This document shows, in pieces, positions 1-12,010 of a stretch of 64,000 bases of DNA; positions within the stretch are counted from its first letter, which is position 1; each line of letters begins with the position of its first letter. The DNA lies in the NCBI GenBank assembly GCA_964035545.1, contig OZ037770.1, positions 3,690,662 to 3,754,661 on the forward strand. The letters run 5' to 3'. The DNA is from Bugula neritina. Lineage: Eukaryota > Animalia > Bryozoa. The position numbers and the translations under genes are program-made. Under the pieces are notes generated by a model. That model did no database searches and was not told the DNA's origin. It saw only the letters and a program-made list of their open reading frames with translations.

Positions 1-184
1 AACTACGGGCTATTATAATTATGCCGATAAACGAGATACTACACTCAGACTGCCCTGTTATAGTACTATGATTGGCTACTGCAAAATTTTTGCCGATAGA
101 CAACATTTAATTATGATGTAATGTATCTCGTATTGGTACATAAGTGTTATGTCTGAGGACGAGTTACTGTGAAATTATGCCCTG
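1..184. repeat. Left arm of a long inverted repeat (truncated by the window start); partner at 9359-9542
   Basis: 1-184 is the reverse complement of 9359-9542, with about 3 mismatches seen by eye. Confidence 0.9.
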
Positions 185-1545
185 TCTATAAGTTATAAGT
201 TTTATTATGTATGAGTAAAAGTTCAGAATAATGCCTTTTTGTATTTAAAAAAATCAATACTTACGGAATTTTTTAAAACTGAAACAAATTTTCTAATAAG
301 TTAAGGTTAAAATTTAAAACATGAACAGTAATATTTTTTACTAAAATAGGCTTTTAGCTTATAAATAACATAATGACAAATATACACTTATGAGAAGTGT
401 TCCCATTCACAGAATTACAGAAGCATGTTTTATCAATGTTGTTTTCTGATTTTTGAGTAAAATACGCCACATGTATGTTACAAATTGAAGCAAAAGTCTT
501 ACCAGCCTCTTTAGTCTTTGTCCATATTGTTGAGTTTGACTGGAACTGAAATTCAGAAATGGCGGCTTGTTACCTCCCAGCGAGGTGTGATTGAGATGTG
601 ACCAGCTGCTGAGTGGTGAAGATAATGATTGGTTGTTGAGACTAACTGGTTATAGAGACATGCTTTACTCTCGTGATTCTTATCTCTGCTAGTCAATATG
701 TCAATAAACCTCTTGTTTGTTTAAAGGCTCTATCACTGTGAGAAACTGGTGGTGCAGTGTTTGCCCATAACTTATTGGCACTTATATCTGTTATTGAAAG
801 GTAATATTTTAGCGTTATCAATGATCGCTCATATTAATAACTAATAAACTAGTTTGTAATAGTTGCTATGAAGCTGTTTATTAACTTATTATAAGTTCAA
901 ACTGACATTCAACGAATTACCAAAGATGAACTGATATGCGACCTCTACAAGAGCAGTGAGAATAATATAAACACTTAAGATGACTATAGACTTTGCACTT
1001 GCATTTAGCCTGCAATCTAACAACTTTATTATCAAAAATTAGGATGTCCAGATTGTTGTTTAAGTACACAAGTTTATAAAATGTTGCCTATTAACTTACA
1101 CCATCTTGAGACTATATAGCAGTGAAACACAAATTAGTAATAATTACTATAACAGACTGGAACCATTTATTATATCACTATAATTATAGTCATATAAACC
1201 TGACTGAATAAATATTGTAAGCATATCGCTAATAGTTAAATGTTAGATGTCATTGGTTATTTCTCTGCTGATGACATAATAAGAAGAAAAATCATGACTG
1301 CTAAACCTTTAAAATTGTACCCGTGGAATGAAGCTTCTTTTCAAATAATTAGGCCCGGTTTCTATCACCCACATTTCATTACCACTACCATCCTTCACGT
1401 CATGCAAATAATATTATTATGACCACTAAAATTTAATTAAAAAAATACAACAAAGTTAATGAAAAATATGTACAAATATAGTAATCTAGAGACAATTTTG
1501 CAAATTTGCTCAATCGTGTCAGCCTATTTAATTTCGTTGTCATAT

Positions 1546-1720
1546 TGTAGTAATTCGTGCAATTACTGTGTGTGAGTTATCTACTTGCATATAGTTAGTT
1601 GGTTATTCTGCTAGCAATTACTAGGGTAGCTGTCGAGTAATTATATTTATTATCCACAATAAAGCATAAAGTAAACATCACATCAAATTATCCTATACAT
1701 CAGTCAACTACTAATACATG
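1546..1720 (-). repeat. Truncated 3' LTR of element 1 (U3 part and polypurine tract missing)
   Basis: Near-identical to 5434-5608, then similarity stops abruptly. Confidence 0.85.
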
Positions 1721-2188
1721 ACACCCAGCAGTGTCGTCGACAAAGCACCACGGGTAAGCCATTCTCCATTACAGGTTCTTCTTCCATAGGCAGAGAGGTT
1801 GGCTGGTCCCGTGACCGGGAGGTGGTCACACGAGTGTGATCTGAAAGAGTAGCAGTGTTAAAGATTATACACTGAGGTACCGTCGGCGTGTACAGCCTGA
1901 CCGGTACTCTGTTCAGTTACACTCGTGAGATTCAGGCTAATGAATAGTTGATGGAGAACACACTCGCTATGGCAGGTTATTTAAAATCAAAGTCGACGTG
2001 TATTCCCACCACTGTTTATCATTATCGAATCTCCAGCTCGCTAGCTAGTGTAGCTAAAGCTGACTGATGCAGTCTAGTTATCGTACCAAAAACCTAATTA
2101 ACTCACCCTTCGATCCAGAATAGTAAGACATTTTGGAATGAGAGCGGTAAATGATTACTGTTTAGTGGCACGTCTACTCTTGACTGCA

Positions 2189-4500
2189 TCAACGTAGGTA
2201 AAAGACCGGACAGCGTGGTTGTGAAACGTGACTAGGGCTTTTCACTTCCAGCGGATGAATCTCGTGTGAGATTCCGCCGAGGCAAAAGTTGAGATTTCCG
2301 TGGCGTTCACAACTCCCACGTCTCTTTGCCTGTTTTCCCATGCGAGGCCTCTCTAGACTTTCGTTACTGCCGCTTATACCGCGGTCACGTACACAGTCTC
2401 TGCGACACGCTGGAAGTTGCCTAGTGTGTGGTCCTGGAGGCGTCGTCACTGTGGGAGGCGGTGTGCTCACCCGTGGATTGTTATGTCTCACGGGTGGTTT
2501 TTCCAGCCTGTTTGTGACGGTTGTTCCTACGTTGGTATCTCCTTGCGGAGCCCCTCCCACGGGGGGTTTTTGCACTTCAGGACCCGTTTCTGGTCCCGGA
2601 AGTGGTGGTGATGGCAGGCTTGACGTTGGGGGCGGCGGGCGCACTTTCAAGGACGAAAGTGGCCTTTCTCGCCTCGCCAAGTCTTTCTGAGGTGCCATGG
2701 AGGTGTTTCCGGCCAGGACGACAGTCTCCGCTTGCCAAGACCTCCTCGCACAATGCGTCTGCCGCCCCGATTTACCAGGGAGACGGCTATGCTTGTTGGT
2801 CTGGCAGACTTCGCACCGTCTCACTCTGCGCCGGATATCCCGCTCCATGTTGGGCCAGTACCACCGGAGTTGTAGCTTGGTGACCACCCCTTGGACTCCT
2901 CCGTGAGTCTTCTCGTGGGTGTCTTGTATCAACTCCCGGCGGATGGCAGCTGGGCAGACGACCCTCTTCCTGGCTGGCTGTCTGCTGTTGGCAGCCAAGG
3001 TCATGGTCAGCAGACCATCTGGCCCGACCCGCAGAGAGTTCCAACGTTGACAGTACAGCCGTAATTCGGCGCATCCCTGTCGCCGTTGTTTACTACTGGG
3101 TCGTCGCCCTTCCTTTTTCGCTCGGTACACGTCGGCTACCACCCCAGGAAGGCTTTCCTGGAGCTTCAACAGCTCCCTAACGTTACCAGCCCATACAGGT
3201 TTGGCGCGGAGGCTCTGGACAGCCTCCGGGGGCGTGTCAGCCATCTGTTGGAGTTGCTGAGCAGGGGCGGTCTTCGCCGCCCGTGGTACCTCACGACAGC
3301 CTGCTCTATTTAGGCGGGCGTCGTGGTCTGTGTGGCGGAACACCTCACTGTACCCATGTGGCAACCTAGCCATAGCCTGGCGCTTTCCGTTGCCTGTGCA
3401 GCCACGCGTCCCTGGAGGATGGGAGGCGTGGGTTGGGACGGTCCTCCGCCCTTGAGACGGGCTCTGCTGAGGACCTTCCGTCGTAGCTCCCGACGACGGC
3501 CCAATGGCTTCCTCCTGGACAGGATGGAAGCGGCCCAGCATGGACCTGGGTGGTAGGTCTACTGTCTCTGAGGAGGGGTTGACACAATGCACTGAGATCT
3601 CTCCTTGTCCCGTAAGCCGGCTAAAGCTATGGGCAAGTTGGACTCTTGAGTGCGTATTTTCGACAACTCCCAACTTAGAGGTTTGGCCACCGTCTACCTT
3701 GCAGCGGACGGTAGCCCGGGAGTGGCCTGGTATAGTACAGCTCCGTACTACCTGCACTGCTCCCGCTAGAGGACGACCAAACTTATCGACACAAGTGAGC
3801 TCCCTGTCGCCCATGATCATCGCAGATTTACTGAAATCGATGCGACATCCGTGTCGTTGTAAGAATGGCATCCCGAGGATAGCGTCCTCGTTGAGCTGCC
3901 CGACGATAAACGTCTCTTGGATGGCCTGGTTACGGACGTAACCAGTCAGCTCAATAATGCCGTAGAAGGGAATGCACGACCCGTCTGCCAGGGTGCCATG
4001 ATCCCCTCATACGGTGCCAACCCGTCCTTGACCTTAGCGCTGAGGGTGTCAAAGAATTGACGGCTAAGGAGGTTGGTGGTGCAGCCTGGGTCCAGGAGGA
4101 AGTTGGCAGGCTTGCCGGCTAGCTTTCCTGGCAGGAAGTAGCTACTTCCGTGTAGCTGCAGCTGTGTGTGCCGTGGTTGCACCTCCCTCGCTGTGGGTAG
4201 AGGGGTCCACGGTTGGCGACGACTATTGACCAGCTGCCGAGGTTGAGGCGGTACGCCTTGCGGCGCCTGTACCGTTTCCCTCGCAGGCTCTGAGGTCAAC
4301 CGTCTGCCGGATCCGTGTTGGTGTTGGAGTGGCGTAGAGGACCCAGGCGGCGAGTGGCTTGAGCCTACTTGCCGCGGGGGTCGCCACTTCACAGCATCTC
4401 CGCGCGGCGCCCAGCGGGGCGGCAGACGCGCGGGCCTCCCTGGGTGATTTACAGACGGCCCGCAGGAGGTGGGAACATCTGCGGGCCGTGGTAGTTTAAC
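2189..4500 (-). pseudogene. pol: Deleted pol of element 1: protease (DPG instead of DTG), linker and integrase HHCC domain; no RT, RNase H or DDE core
   Basis: FLLDPGCTTNLLS, DAILGMPFL, HEKTH...CEVC; collinear with element 2 pol apart from two large in-frame gaps; 1-nt frameshift near 4003-4006. Confidence 0.85.
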
Positions 4501-5398
4501 CCTTGTTGGAGTTGAGGGCAGTTCCTCTGGAAATGTCCTGGCCTTCCGCATCCCCAGCAGAAGTTGTGCCCCATGCTTGGTGATTGTACCTGCGGCCCGC
4601 GAGGCTCACGGGCGATATCTACCTGGCTTGGGGGAGCTAATGTGGCGACCAGTTTATCTAGCATGTCAGTCATCTGTGCGACTTTTGATGCTAGTGACAT
4701 CTGGTTCACATTAGCCACCGCGGAGGGTTCCGCGTTTGGTTCGGTATGAGCAGTAGGGTGCTCCGTGGCCACTTGGCGGGAGGCCACGCGGCTGCGGTGC
4801 ATATGAGTCGCCATGAGGTAGGCTTCTCCCACCGCAAGTGCATCTTCGACCGTGGTGACTCCCCTCGCTTGGAATTGATGGTGGAGCCCCAAGTCGTTGA
4901 TGGATTGCACGAAGGCATCATAAGTATACCTCTCACGGTGTACTGGAGGCAGATCGCGGAACGCGATCTGCGCTAGTGGGTACACCGTGGCAGCGTGCTC
5001 TTGTAGCGACGTGTGAGGATCACGCCGCAGCCTTTGTAGACGGCCCGCGCATCTATGGGGGAGATGCCAAAGCGGGCCCGCAGAGAAGCAAAGATTTCGT
5101 CTATGTCAGGTCCCGCTCCGTACGGCTTAGCTTTGTCCGTCAGCGCCATCCTGAGCTTGAGCAATGCCACCCTTGGTGGCCACTGTGCAATTTCCATCAC
5201 ATCTTGGAATTCTTGGATAAACTGCTCCACTGCTTCTTCGCCTGTGAAGGTGGGCGCCTTCAGCCGGTATCTGTCTTCACCATGCTCTCTAGGAATTCTC
5301 ACTTCTTCTTCTAACACCACTGGTTCCACAGGTATATCAACATTATCTCTCTCACCTTCATTCAGTGGAATGGGTAGCTCCGTGCCGTCTTCTGCCAT
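4449..5398 (-). CDS. gag: Gag of element 1 (one apparent 1-nt frameshift near 5042)
   Basis: ORFs 4973-5413 and 4449-4985 join into one Gag matching element 2 (DRYRLKAPTF..VEQFI.EFQDV; CWGCGRPGHFQRNC knuckle). Confidence 0.85.
4455..4500 (-). promoter_or_regulatory. Predicted -1 ribosomal frameshift signal of element 1
   Basis: G TTA AAC in the gag frame, followed after 4 nt by a perfect 11-bp stem ACGGCCCGCAG/CTGCGGGCCGT; the protease ORF is in the -1 frame. Confidence 0.75.
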
Positions 5399-5414
5399 GA
5401 CTGCTATACGCAAG

Positions 5415-5432
5415 ATCCCACCGCTGCCACCA
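5415..5432 (-). promoter_or_regulatory. Primer binding site, tRNA-Leu
   Basis: TGGTGGCAGCGGTGGGAT 1 nt inside the 5' LTR; complementary to the tRNA-Leu 3' end ATCCCACCGCTGCCA-CCA. Confidence 0.9.
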
Positions 5433-5433
5433 C

Positions 5434-5786
5434 TGTAGTAATTCGTGCAATTACTGTGCGTGAGTTATCTACTTGCGTATAGTTAGTTGGTTATTCTGCT
5501 AGCAATTACTAGGGTAGCTGTCGAGTAATTATATTTATTATCCACAATAAAGCATAAAGTAAACATCACATCAAATTATCCTATACATCACTCAACTACT
5601 AATACATGTTTCTCCTTCAAGCCTCCGCTTACAACAACGTGATAATTTGTTAATAACCCGGGAAGTGTCACGTGAGTCGGAAGCATATCTTCCGGTGCTG
5701 CTAATTGGTTGCTACATAAGGGTCTTAGAATTCCCAGAATGGAGAGAGGGCGATTCCCGTATTTGTACTTTGCATGACTCACTACA
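5434..5786 (-). repeat. 5' LTR of element 1 (353 bp)
   Basis: TG...CA with a 6-bp terminal inverted repeat, adjacent to the PBS, followed by the TSD. Confidence 0.85.
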
Positions 5787-6911
5787 ATATCGAAGTGTTA
5801 AGTTTTCAATTAAAATTTTGTTCGAAATTAAACACCACTGCTTCTTCCTCTTGGTTAATGGCAATGCCAAGTGATTGTTTTTATACAAAATATGGGCCAA
5901 TTAGAAACATGTACCAGTTCCACCATGAACCACGCAGTCATGGTGTGCAAATTCAGCTGCAAATTACACCTCATCCTTTTACGTAAATTATTTACTTGAA
6001 GCTTTTTGTAAATTGTTGTTCAAAATTTCCAAACTTCAAGTTACAAAGTACAAGTACATAAAGTGACTATATATTAGCTATTATTGTATAAATACAGAAT
6101 CCTATGTTTTTGCTGTCTGTATCTACATGCTTTCACTGCTCTGCATGTATGTGTACAGCCTTGAAGTTTACCTAAAAGCAATTAATATTTTAGTAGAAGT
6201 AGATACAATGTTTTATTACTTGGGTTCTGATAAAATGATGCCTGTGGTTCAGTGTAATTTCCTGCACTTGTGTTTGTAAAACTTCTAGGAACTTTCTATA
6301 ATATTTTGACTGTAGAAACAATTATTGCTATAAACTCTTTAGAGTCTTATAGAAAACAAAATATAATGTGTCAGCAGTACCAGTAGTTAGTGTAACCTAT
6401 GAGAAGAATTAGCCTTCGCCATGCATAGCAGAAAAAATACAGTGCCTGGTCAATATTGTTGTCGAAGTATGAACCAAATCATTAAATAATCTTCAAACAC
6501 GAAAGTTGAGTGCTAGCAATGTTTGTCTATAATATAAATATGTAATATACTAACAGTTGCTATGAATAAATTTACTAACCTATTTTAAAATTTGAGTGAC
6601 ACTTAGCTGGCTTCTACTTGTGTACTGATATGCTATATTCATGTAAATAATATTCATATAATGTACTATGAATACCTAATTATAACCAGAGCCATTTCAA
6701 AAATTTAAACCCACACTCAAAAACAAATTTAAAAAGACAAAGTTTAAAAATTCAGCCCATTCACATTTTCACTGAACTTTTAAACATTAAAGCGGTTTTG
6801 AACAAGATTTGTCCCTATTAATTTCTGCCATCTTGATTATATAGCAATAGAACACATTGCAGTAAGAATCGGCAACATGCCTCGATTAGTAGTAGCACTG
6901 AGCTGTGAGTG

Positions 6912-8334
6912 ACTAAAGTTGCGTTTATACCTCTGCTGAAAAAAGTAGGGGAAACCTGGGTGATATGGGCCACTTAAGCCCACAGCCCATACTGACTATG
7001 GTTGATTGAAAATTAGTATTTCAACATTTGGGTGCTATCTTTACTAACATACAAACATAATTTGAAGCTCCTATACAGATGCTTGACTGAGCTATGATTG
7101 AAAATTGGTGGACCATATCACCTGGAGATTTTTTGAAATTTCGGGTGATATGGGCCACCACAGACTCCGTCACATAAAGTCAGCTTTTTTGTGTTGAAAA
7201 TGCATTTTGCTATATTAAAAAGTAACATAAAACAATAGATCTGAAATAAGTGTGTAACAGCTTCTTTTAGTGTCTCCTAACCCTAAGCATTTCAAATATT
7301 TTTGGAAGAATATCTTGGCATCTAAAATACATTGCATGAGTATGAATATTTCAAGTACACATTCTACAGCAATTGGCTATAATGTTGTCTAATCAATATT
7401 TAAGGGTTTAATGCTTTAGCATTGTTTGAAATACTTGAGAAATAGTATTATTTCTCTTCAAAAAAGTATATGAAAAGAAAAATTCAATTAGCTGAGTGAT
7501 ATGGTCCACGGTCCATATCACCCCTCAAGTGGCGGTCCATATCACCCAAAAATCATGTCACCAAAAATTTTGAATTCCTACAGAGAGTGGACAAGTATTA
7601 TATATACTATTTGGGTATTTATACATACCCCCCCACACATTACCTGTAGATACAGGCTCCTTACTTCAGGTAATTTTTTTTCAATAAAAATAGATCCACA
7701 AAAGTTGTGAAAAATTATAAGAAAACGAGCAAAAAGAGAAAATGTGTCTTTATTTTCTAAGACAAAGACACAAGTTTGAAACATGTAGACAGAAAGTTAG
7801 ATATTCTTATTTCTAACCAATAAGACACTTTCCAACTTTCTGATAACCTTGGACACTGCAAAACATGCATGGTCCATATCACCCGGGTGGTTCATATCAC
7901 CCAGGTTTCCCCTACCGAGTTTAAGTTAATATGCTTGTCCGGGTACCCCTTTATAGTCAAACTGAAACTCGTTGAAATCATATTGATGCGATTGCTCACT
8001 TTCTGAAATTGAAATTTGACTCACATAATAGCTATTTGATGCCCTTTGTAAACGTCGTGAATTAGTGAAGCGGAAAGCATAAAAGCGATAATTGAGAAGG
8101 CGTAGGCTATATAATTATAACCGTATAAGTACGTTGTCTAATCGCCAAAGTAATAACTAAATAACGATGTTTACAAGGAGTTATTACTCCTATTCTAAAA
8201 TTGGCCGATTAAGTTATCACAGTACAAAAATTTCAACGGGTGGCTTTTACAATGCAATGCAACTCGGAGAAATTTCAACCCGGCCAAATTGAAATTTTGA
8301 CCGAAAATCGTGAAGGTATAAACGCAACTTTAGT
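6912..8334. mobile_element. Non-autonomous TIR element interrupted by a MITE
   Basis: Perfect 21-bp TIRs ACTAAAGTTGCGTTTATACCT (6912-6932 and 8314-8334); diverged uninterrupted copy near 11610-12010. Confidence 0.75.
6948..7912. mobile_element. MITE / non-autonomous DNA transposon, probable TA TSD (Tc1/mariner-pogo type)
   Basis: TIRs GGGGAAACCTGGGTGATATG and CATATCACCCAGGTTTCCCC flanked by TA; internal repeats of CCATATCACC; no transposase ORF. Confidence 0.85.
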
Positions 8335-9293
8335 GCGATGTTTGTATATATGCATTGTTGTTTGAACTCTGAAGCCCTGAAATAATGCTCTGAGTCACTC
8401 CCAGTATGGTGATTCTAGTATCCTTGAACGAATTATTAAGCTAACAACTATAGTAAATAGCTGTTCAAGTTTATTGGCTTAAGCTTCCAAAACCTAGAAT
8501 TTGGCTGTTGGTTAATAAACTTCAAAACGTAGGTATAGGTACAACTTATAAATTTGTACTTTAAATAGCTAGTATTTATATAGGCTCCATAAATTAAGTT
8601 GCACAGATATTTTGTATTAGTTAGCAAATATCATATGATCCTATGAATAGTTCTTCAACAGCTTAATTCTTAAAAAATTGAACTGAGTAAAACTTTTAAA
8701 AAATATATATCTCTTTGAATTTGCTAAAATTTGTTTCTTTTAGTTTATTGCCTCTGTTAACAAGCAATAAATAGTTGCTGATAATCACTATGGATCTTTT
8801 TATGAATATTATGATGATAGATGTAGCCCTTGACAACTGTTTACTATAACTGATATCACATCTTAATAAGAGCAGTAGGCGCAAACACTCATTACTGGTT
8901 GGTGACACATAATAAGTGTTTCTATTACTTCCGATTTGTTGGGATTTGATTTGATGTAGTGTTGCTAAACATTAAATAAAACTGTATTTGGATAATGCAA
9001 AGCTTGGAAACGTGGTGGTATAATGAGGTTGGTATTGCAAGATCAAACTTATTTTACATCACAATATGGTGTTTATACTGGTTCACTTGGTATATTTGTA
9101 ATATTGCTATATATAGTGTTGGGTTCTGAAAAGAGAAACTAAGTAGAAGAAATTGCAAAAAGCCCATTTTCTCAGCATGTTGTTTAGTCTGATAATAAAT
9201 ATCTGAAAAATCTTTCTCTATTTGAATTATTAATTTTTTTACTGTAATGTTTTAATCAGGTGGCAGTGAAAGAAGAACAATGTGAAAAAACTT

Positions 9294-9364
9294 TGCCCTC
9301 CACTGAGATTCGAACCGAAGACCTCTGGCTTGCAATCAAGCATAAAATACCAGTATATCAGGGC
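9294..9364 (-). pseudogene. Degenerate tRNA-like sequence (tRNA pseudogene or SINE head)
   Basis: B-box GGTTCGAATC, GCCCT...AGGGCA acceptor-like ends and a T6 run just downstream; anticodon stem pairs poorly. Confidence 0.45.
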
Positions 9365-9542
9365 ATAATTTCACAGTATCTCGTCCTCAGACATAACACT
9401 TATGTGCCAATACGAGATACATTACATCATAAATAAATGTTGTCTATCGGCAAAAATTTTGCAGTAGCCAATCATAGTACTATAACAGGGCAGTCTGAGT
9501 GTAGTATCTCGTTTATCGGCATAATTATAATAGCCCGTAGTT
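9359..9542. repeat. Right arm of the long inverted repeat (partner 1-184)
   Basis: Reverse complement of the window start. Confidence 0.9.
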
Positions 9543-9870
9543 GAAGATGGAGTTGGAAGCTTTTCAAATACCTCCCGCATATAATAGCATTTATGCTAGT
9601 CCTTAAAACTAAATAAACATTGTGGTAGACCAATAATCATGAAAGCTCTACTCATTTGTAACTGGAGGATTTGCAGCACCACAATACTAAATTTCTTGCA
9701 TTGGAGGTGCTTAGGCTGTGTTGTCATAGTTATATGTACTTATTGGGGCTTGGTATAAAATTAAACCTGACAATTATAAGGATTAAAGTATTATTGCTGT
9801 GGTTTCAACTGACCAACTTTGGAGTTATTATCTCGATTCTTTGTCAGGAATGGTTAGATAATTTCATGCA

Positions 9871-9930
9871 ATAATGAGTTTTGGCTTTATATCATTATAA
9901 ATAATGAGTTTTGGCTTTATATCATTATAA
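9871..9930. repeat. Perfect 30-bp tandem duplication
   Basis: ATAATGAGTTTTGGCTTTATATCATTATAA x2. Confidence 0.95.
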
Positions 9931-11609
9931 ATATCTACATTGATGGCAGCACTGAGCTAGAATTCTAATATCTTTTCAAGCTCATTGGGTGGCAGCTTAT
10001 CGGCTAAATTTTATGCAGATATTGAATAATGTGGTTTGATAGTTATGCTATATTGTTAGGTTCACAAGCATCTTTAAAAAGTTATAATTATTGCGTTGAC
10101 CATAGGTCAAAAATTACCTAAAGAGAGGGCAGACAACTCCAAAAGATTGTTTTCGTGGAAGCAAGTAAAATTCAGCTAAACTGAATACTCCAACTGATCA
10201 ACATTTTCATCTATTGAAATTGAAGAAAAGTTAAATATTATTATTATACTATTCTAATCATGAATAGGCACAAGCTAAAAAGATATTTATTTCAAAAAAT
10301 ATAAAAAGTAAAGTAACACAACAATGTTTGCAAACGCAGACCTAAAAATGTGAATATTCTAGCTTGAAATTAAGTCTGAAATTCAGACTTTTCTAGGTTG
10401 AATTGACTTTAATTGACTCACCAGAAAAAACAATTAATAAAATTATAAAGACAAGCATATAATGAAAAATGTAGTTCATTAGCAAAACTGGAGGAAAGCA
10501 CTTTTTTTTTCTAGAAATTGTTCGATTACATAATACATTTCTGTGCAAATGATATTTTTTAATAAAATGAAACTGTTGTATTGTTTGGCTAGATGAAGTT
10601 TCAAAAGTATTTTTAATATTTTCTCAAATAAAGTAGACATGCACTCCATTTTCACATTTTTTGGCAAAACATATGATTGGGATTCAGTAGTCAATCAGTT
10701 AAGCTCGACACAAGGAGTTGTCACATCCATCCTAAAGAACAAGACCATCTACAATAACAAACATGGAAAGTACTTAAAATTACATTTAAGTTTACAATAA
10801 TCCTTAAAATATATGTTGCCTTCTGCAAATGCTAAATAAAACACGATGTAATGCTATGTTTACTTGGACTAAATCTTGCTGACTTACAATGAAATTCATT
10901 CATTTCAATTTGAAAATTCCTGTCAATAACTTGACTCTATGCTAACAACTAATTGTAATACCAAAATCACACTGCTACTTTTAGTTTAAGGAATTTATTT
11001 TCATTATTAGTTCAATATTCAGCAGAGGTTTTTCTTTAATGAACAAACAATAGGCATACATGCAGATGAAAGATTAGGTCTAGTGAATACTAATTTTGTG
11101 CCTAACAAAAAAAAAATGAAAGACTGCATGAAAAATTAACAACTCTAAAAAATTGCAATTTGAATGAGGCTCAGGCTTTTAGGTGAGCAAGAGTAACCAG
11201 AAGAGCTACTTTAATGGAAGAAATTACTGACTGATTGTGTAGTTGCAGGCTGCATGATGTGTTTTGATTGTCACAACCACTTTTGAAAAGGGAAAATCCA
11301 TTAAATTAAGACTACTGGCAAACAACGGAACGATAAGGAAAAAATACCAAGTAGAAATTCACTTCTCAAAGCAAACTGTAGTTAATACATTATAGATGCT
11401 TAGAAGAAGCAGGCAATAGTGAATGCTATATAGTGTAGATCAGGATTCTATACAATGACAAGTAAACTAAAATTCCAGTGCACTTTGAAACTACTTGTAA
11501 GAATGGGCTTAGTGCTTTATAGTGCCTTGAAATTTGTTCAAGTCTAATTGGCACCATGCTATTAGAATTCGCAGAGAGATGACCCTTTAAACTTTCACTT
11601 TAAACTTTA

Positions 11610-12010
11610 ATACCTTCACGATTTTCAGTAAGAAATTCAATTTATCTAGGTCTGAAATTTCACCGAGTTGCATTGCAAGCCGCTGGTCAAAATGTTTAGT
11701 TTGTGATAACTTAATCAGCTGATTTCAGAATAACAATCATTGGGAATGACATCTTCATGTAGATATAGATATTTATGCTTATAATTATATCGGCTGCCTT
11801 CATCAATCATCGATACTATGCTGCCAAATCAACTAATTAATTACAGTTGGAAACTTCAAAGGGCATTGAATAGCAATTAAGCAAGTTATACTTTTAATAT
11901 TACAAAAAGAACTTATGCATCAATATGATTTAAAATATAGGTGGGCACTCCGCTAGTGATATTAACTGAAACTGGAACTTTTTTCATGCAGGAAAAGCAA
12001 AAACGCATCT
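11610..12010 (-). mobile_element. Diverged inverted copy of the 6912-8334 element
   Basis: TACCTTCACGATTTTC, GAGTTGCATTG and GTGATAACTTAATC match the reverse complement of about 8200-8320; boundaries approximate. Confidence 0.65.

Larger units (their letters stand above)
1546..5786 (-). mobile_element. Non-autonomous Ty3/Gypsy LTR retrotransposon (element 1)
   Basis: TGTAGT...ACTACA termini; ATAT TSD (1542-1545 and 5787-5790); tRNA-Leu PBS; gag with CCHC knuckle; protease and integrase zinc-binding remnants homologous to element 2. Confidence 0.92.

Noticed and set aside
9294-9364. Functional tRNA gene
   Set aside because: The D arm and anticodon stem do not pair properly; kept only as tRNA-like.
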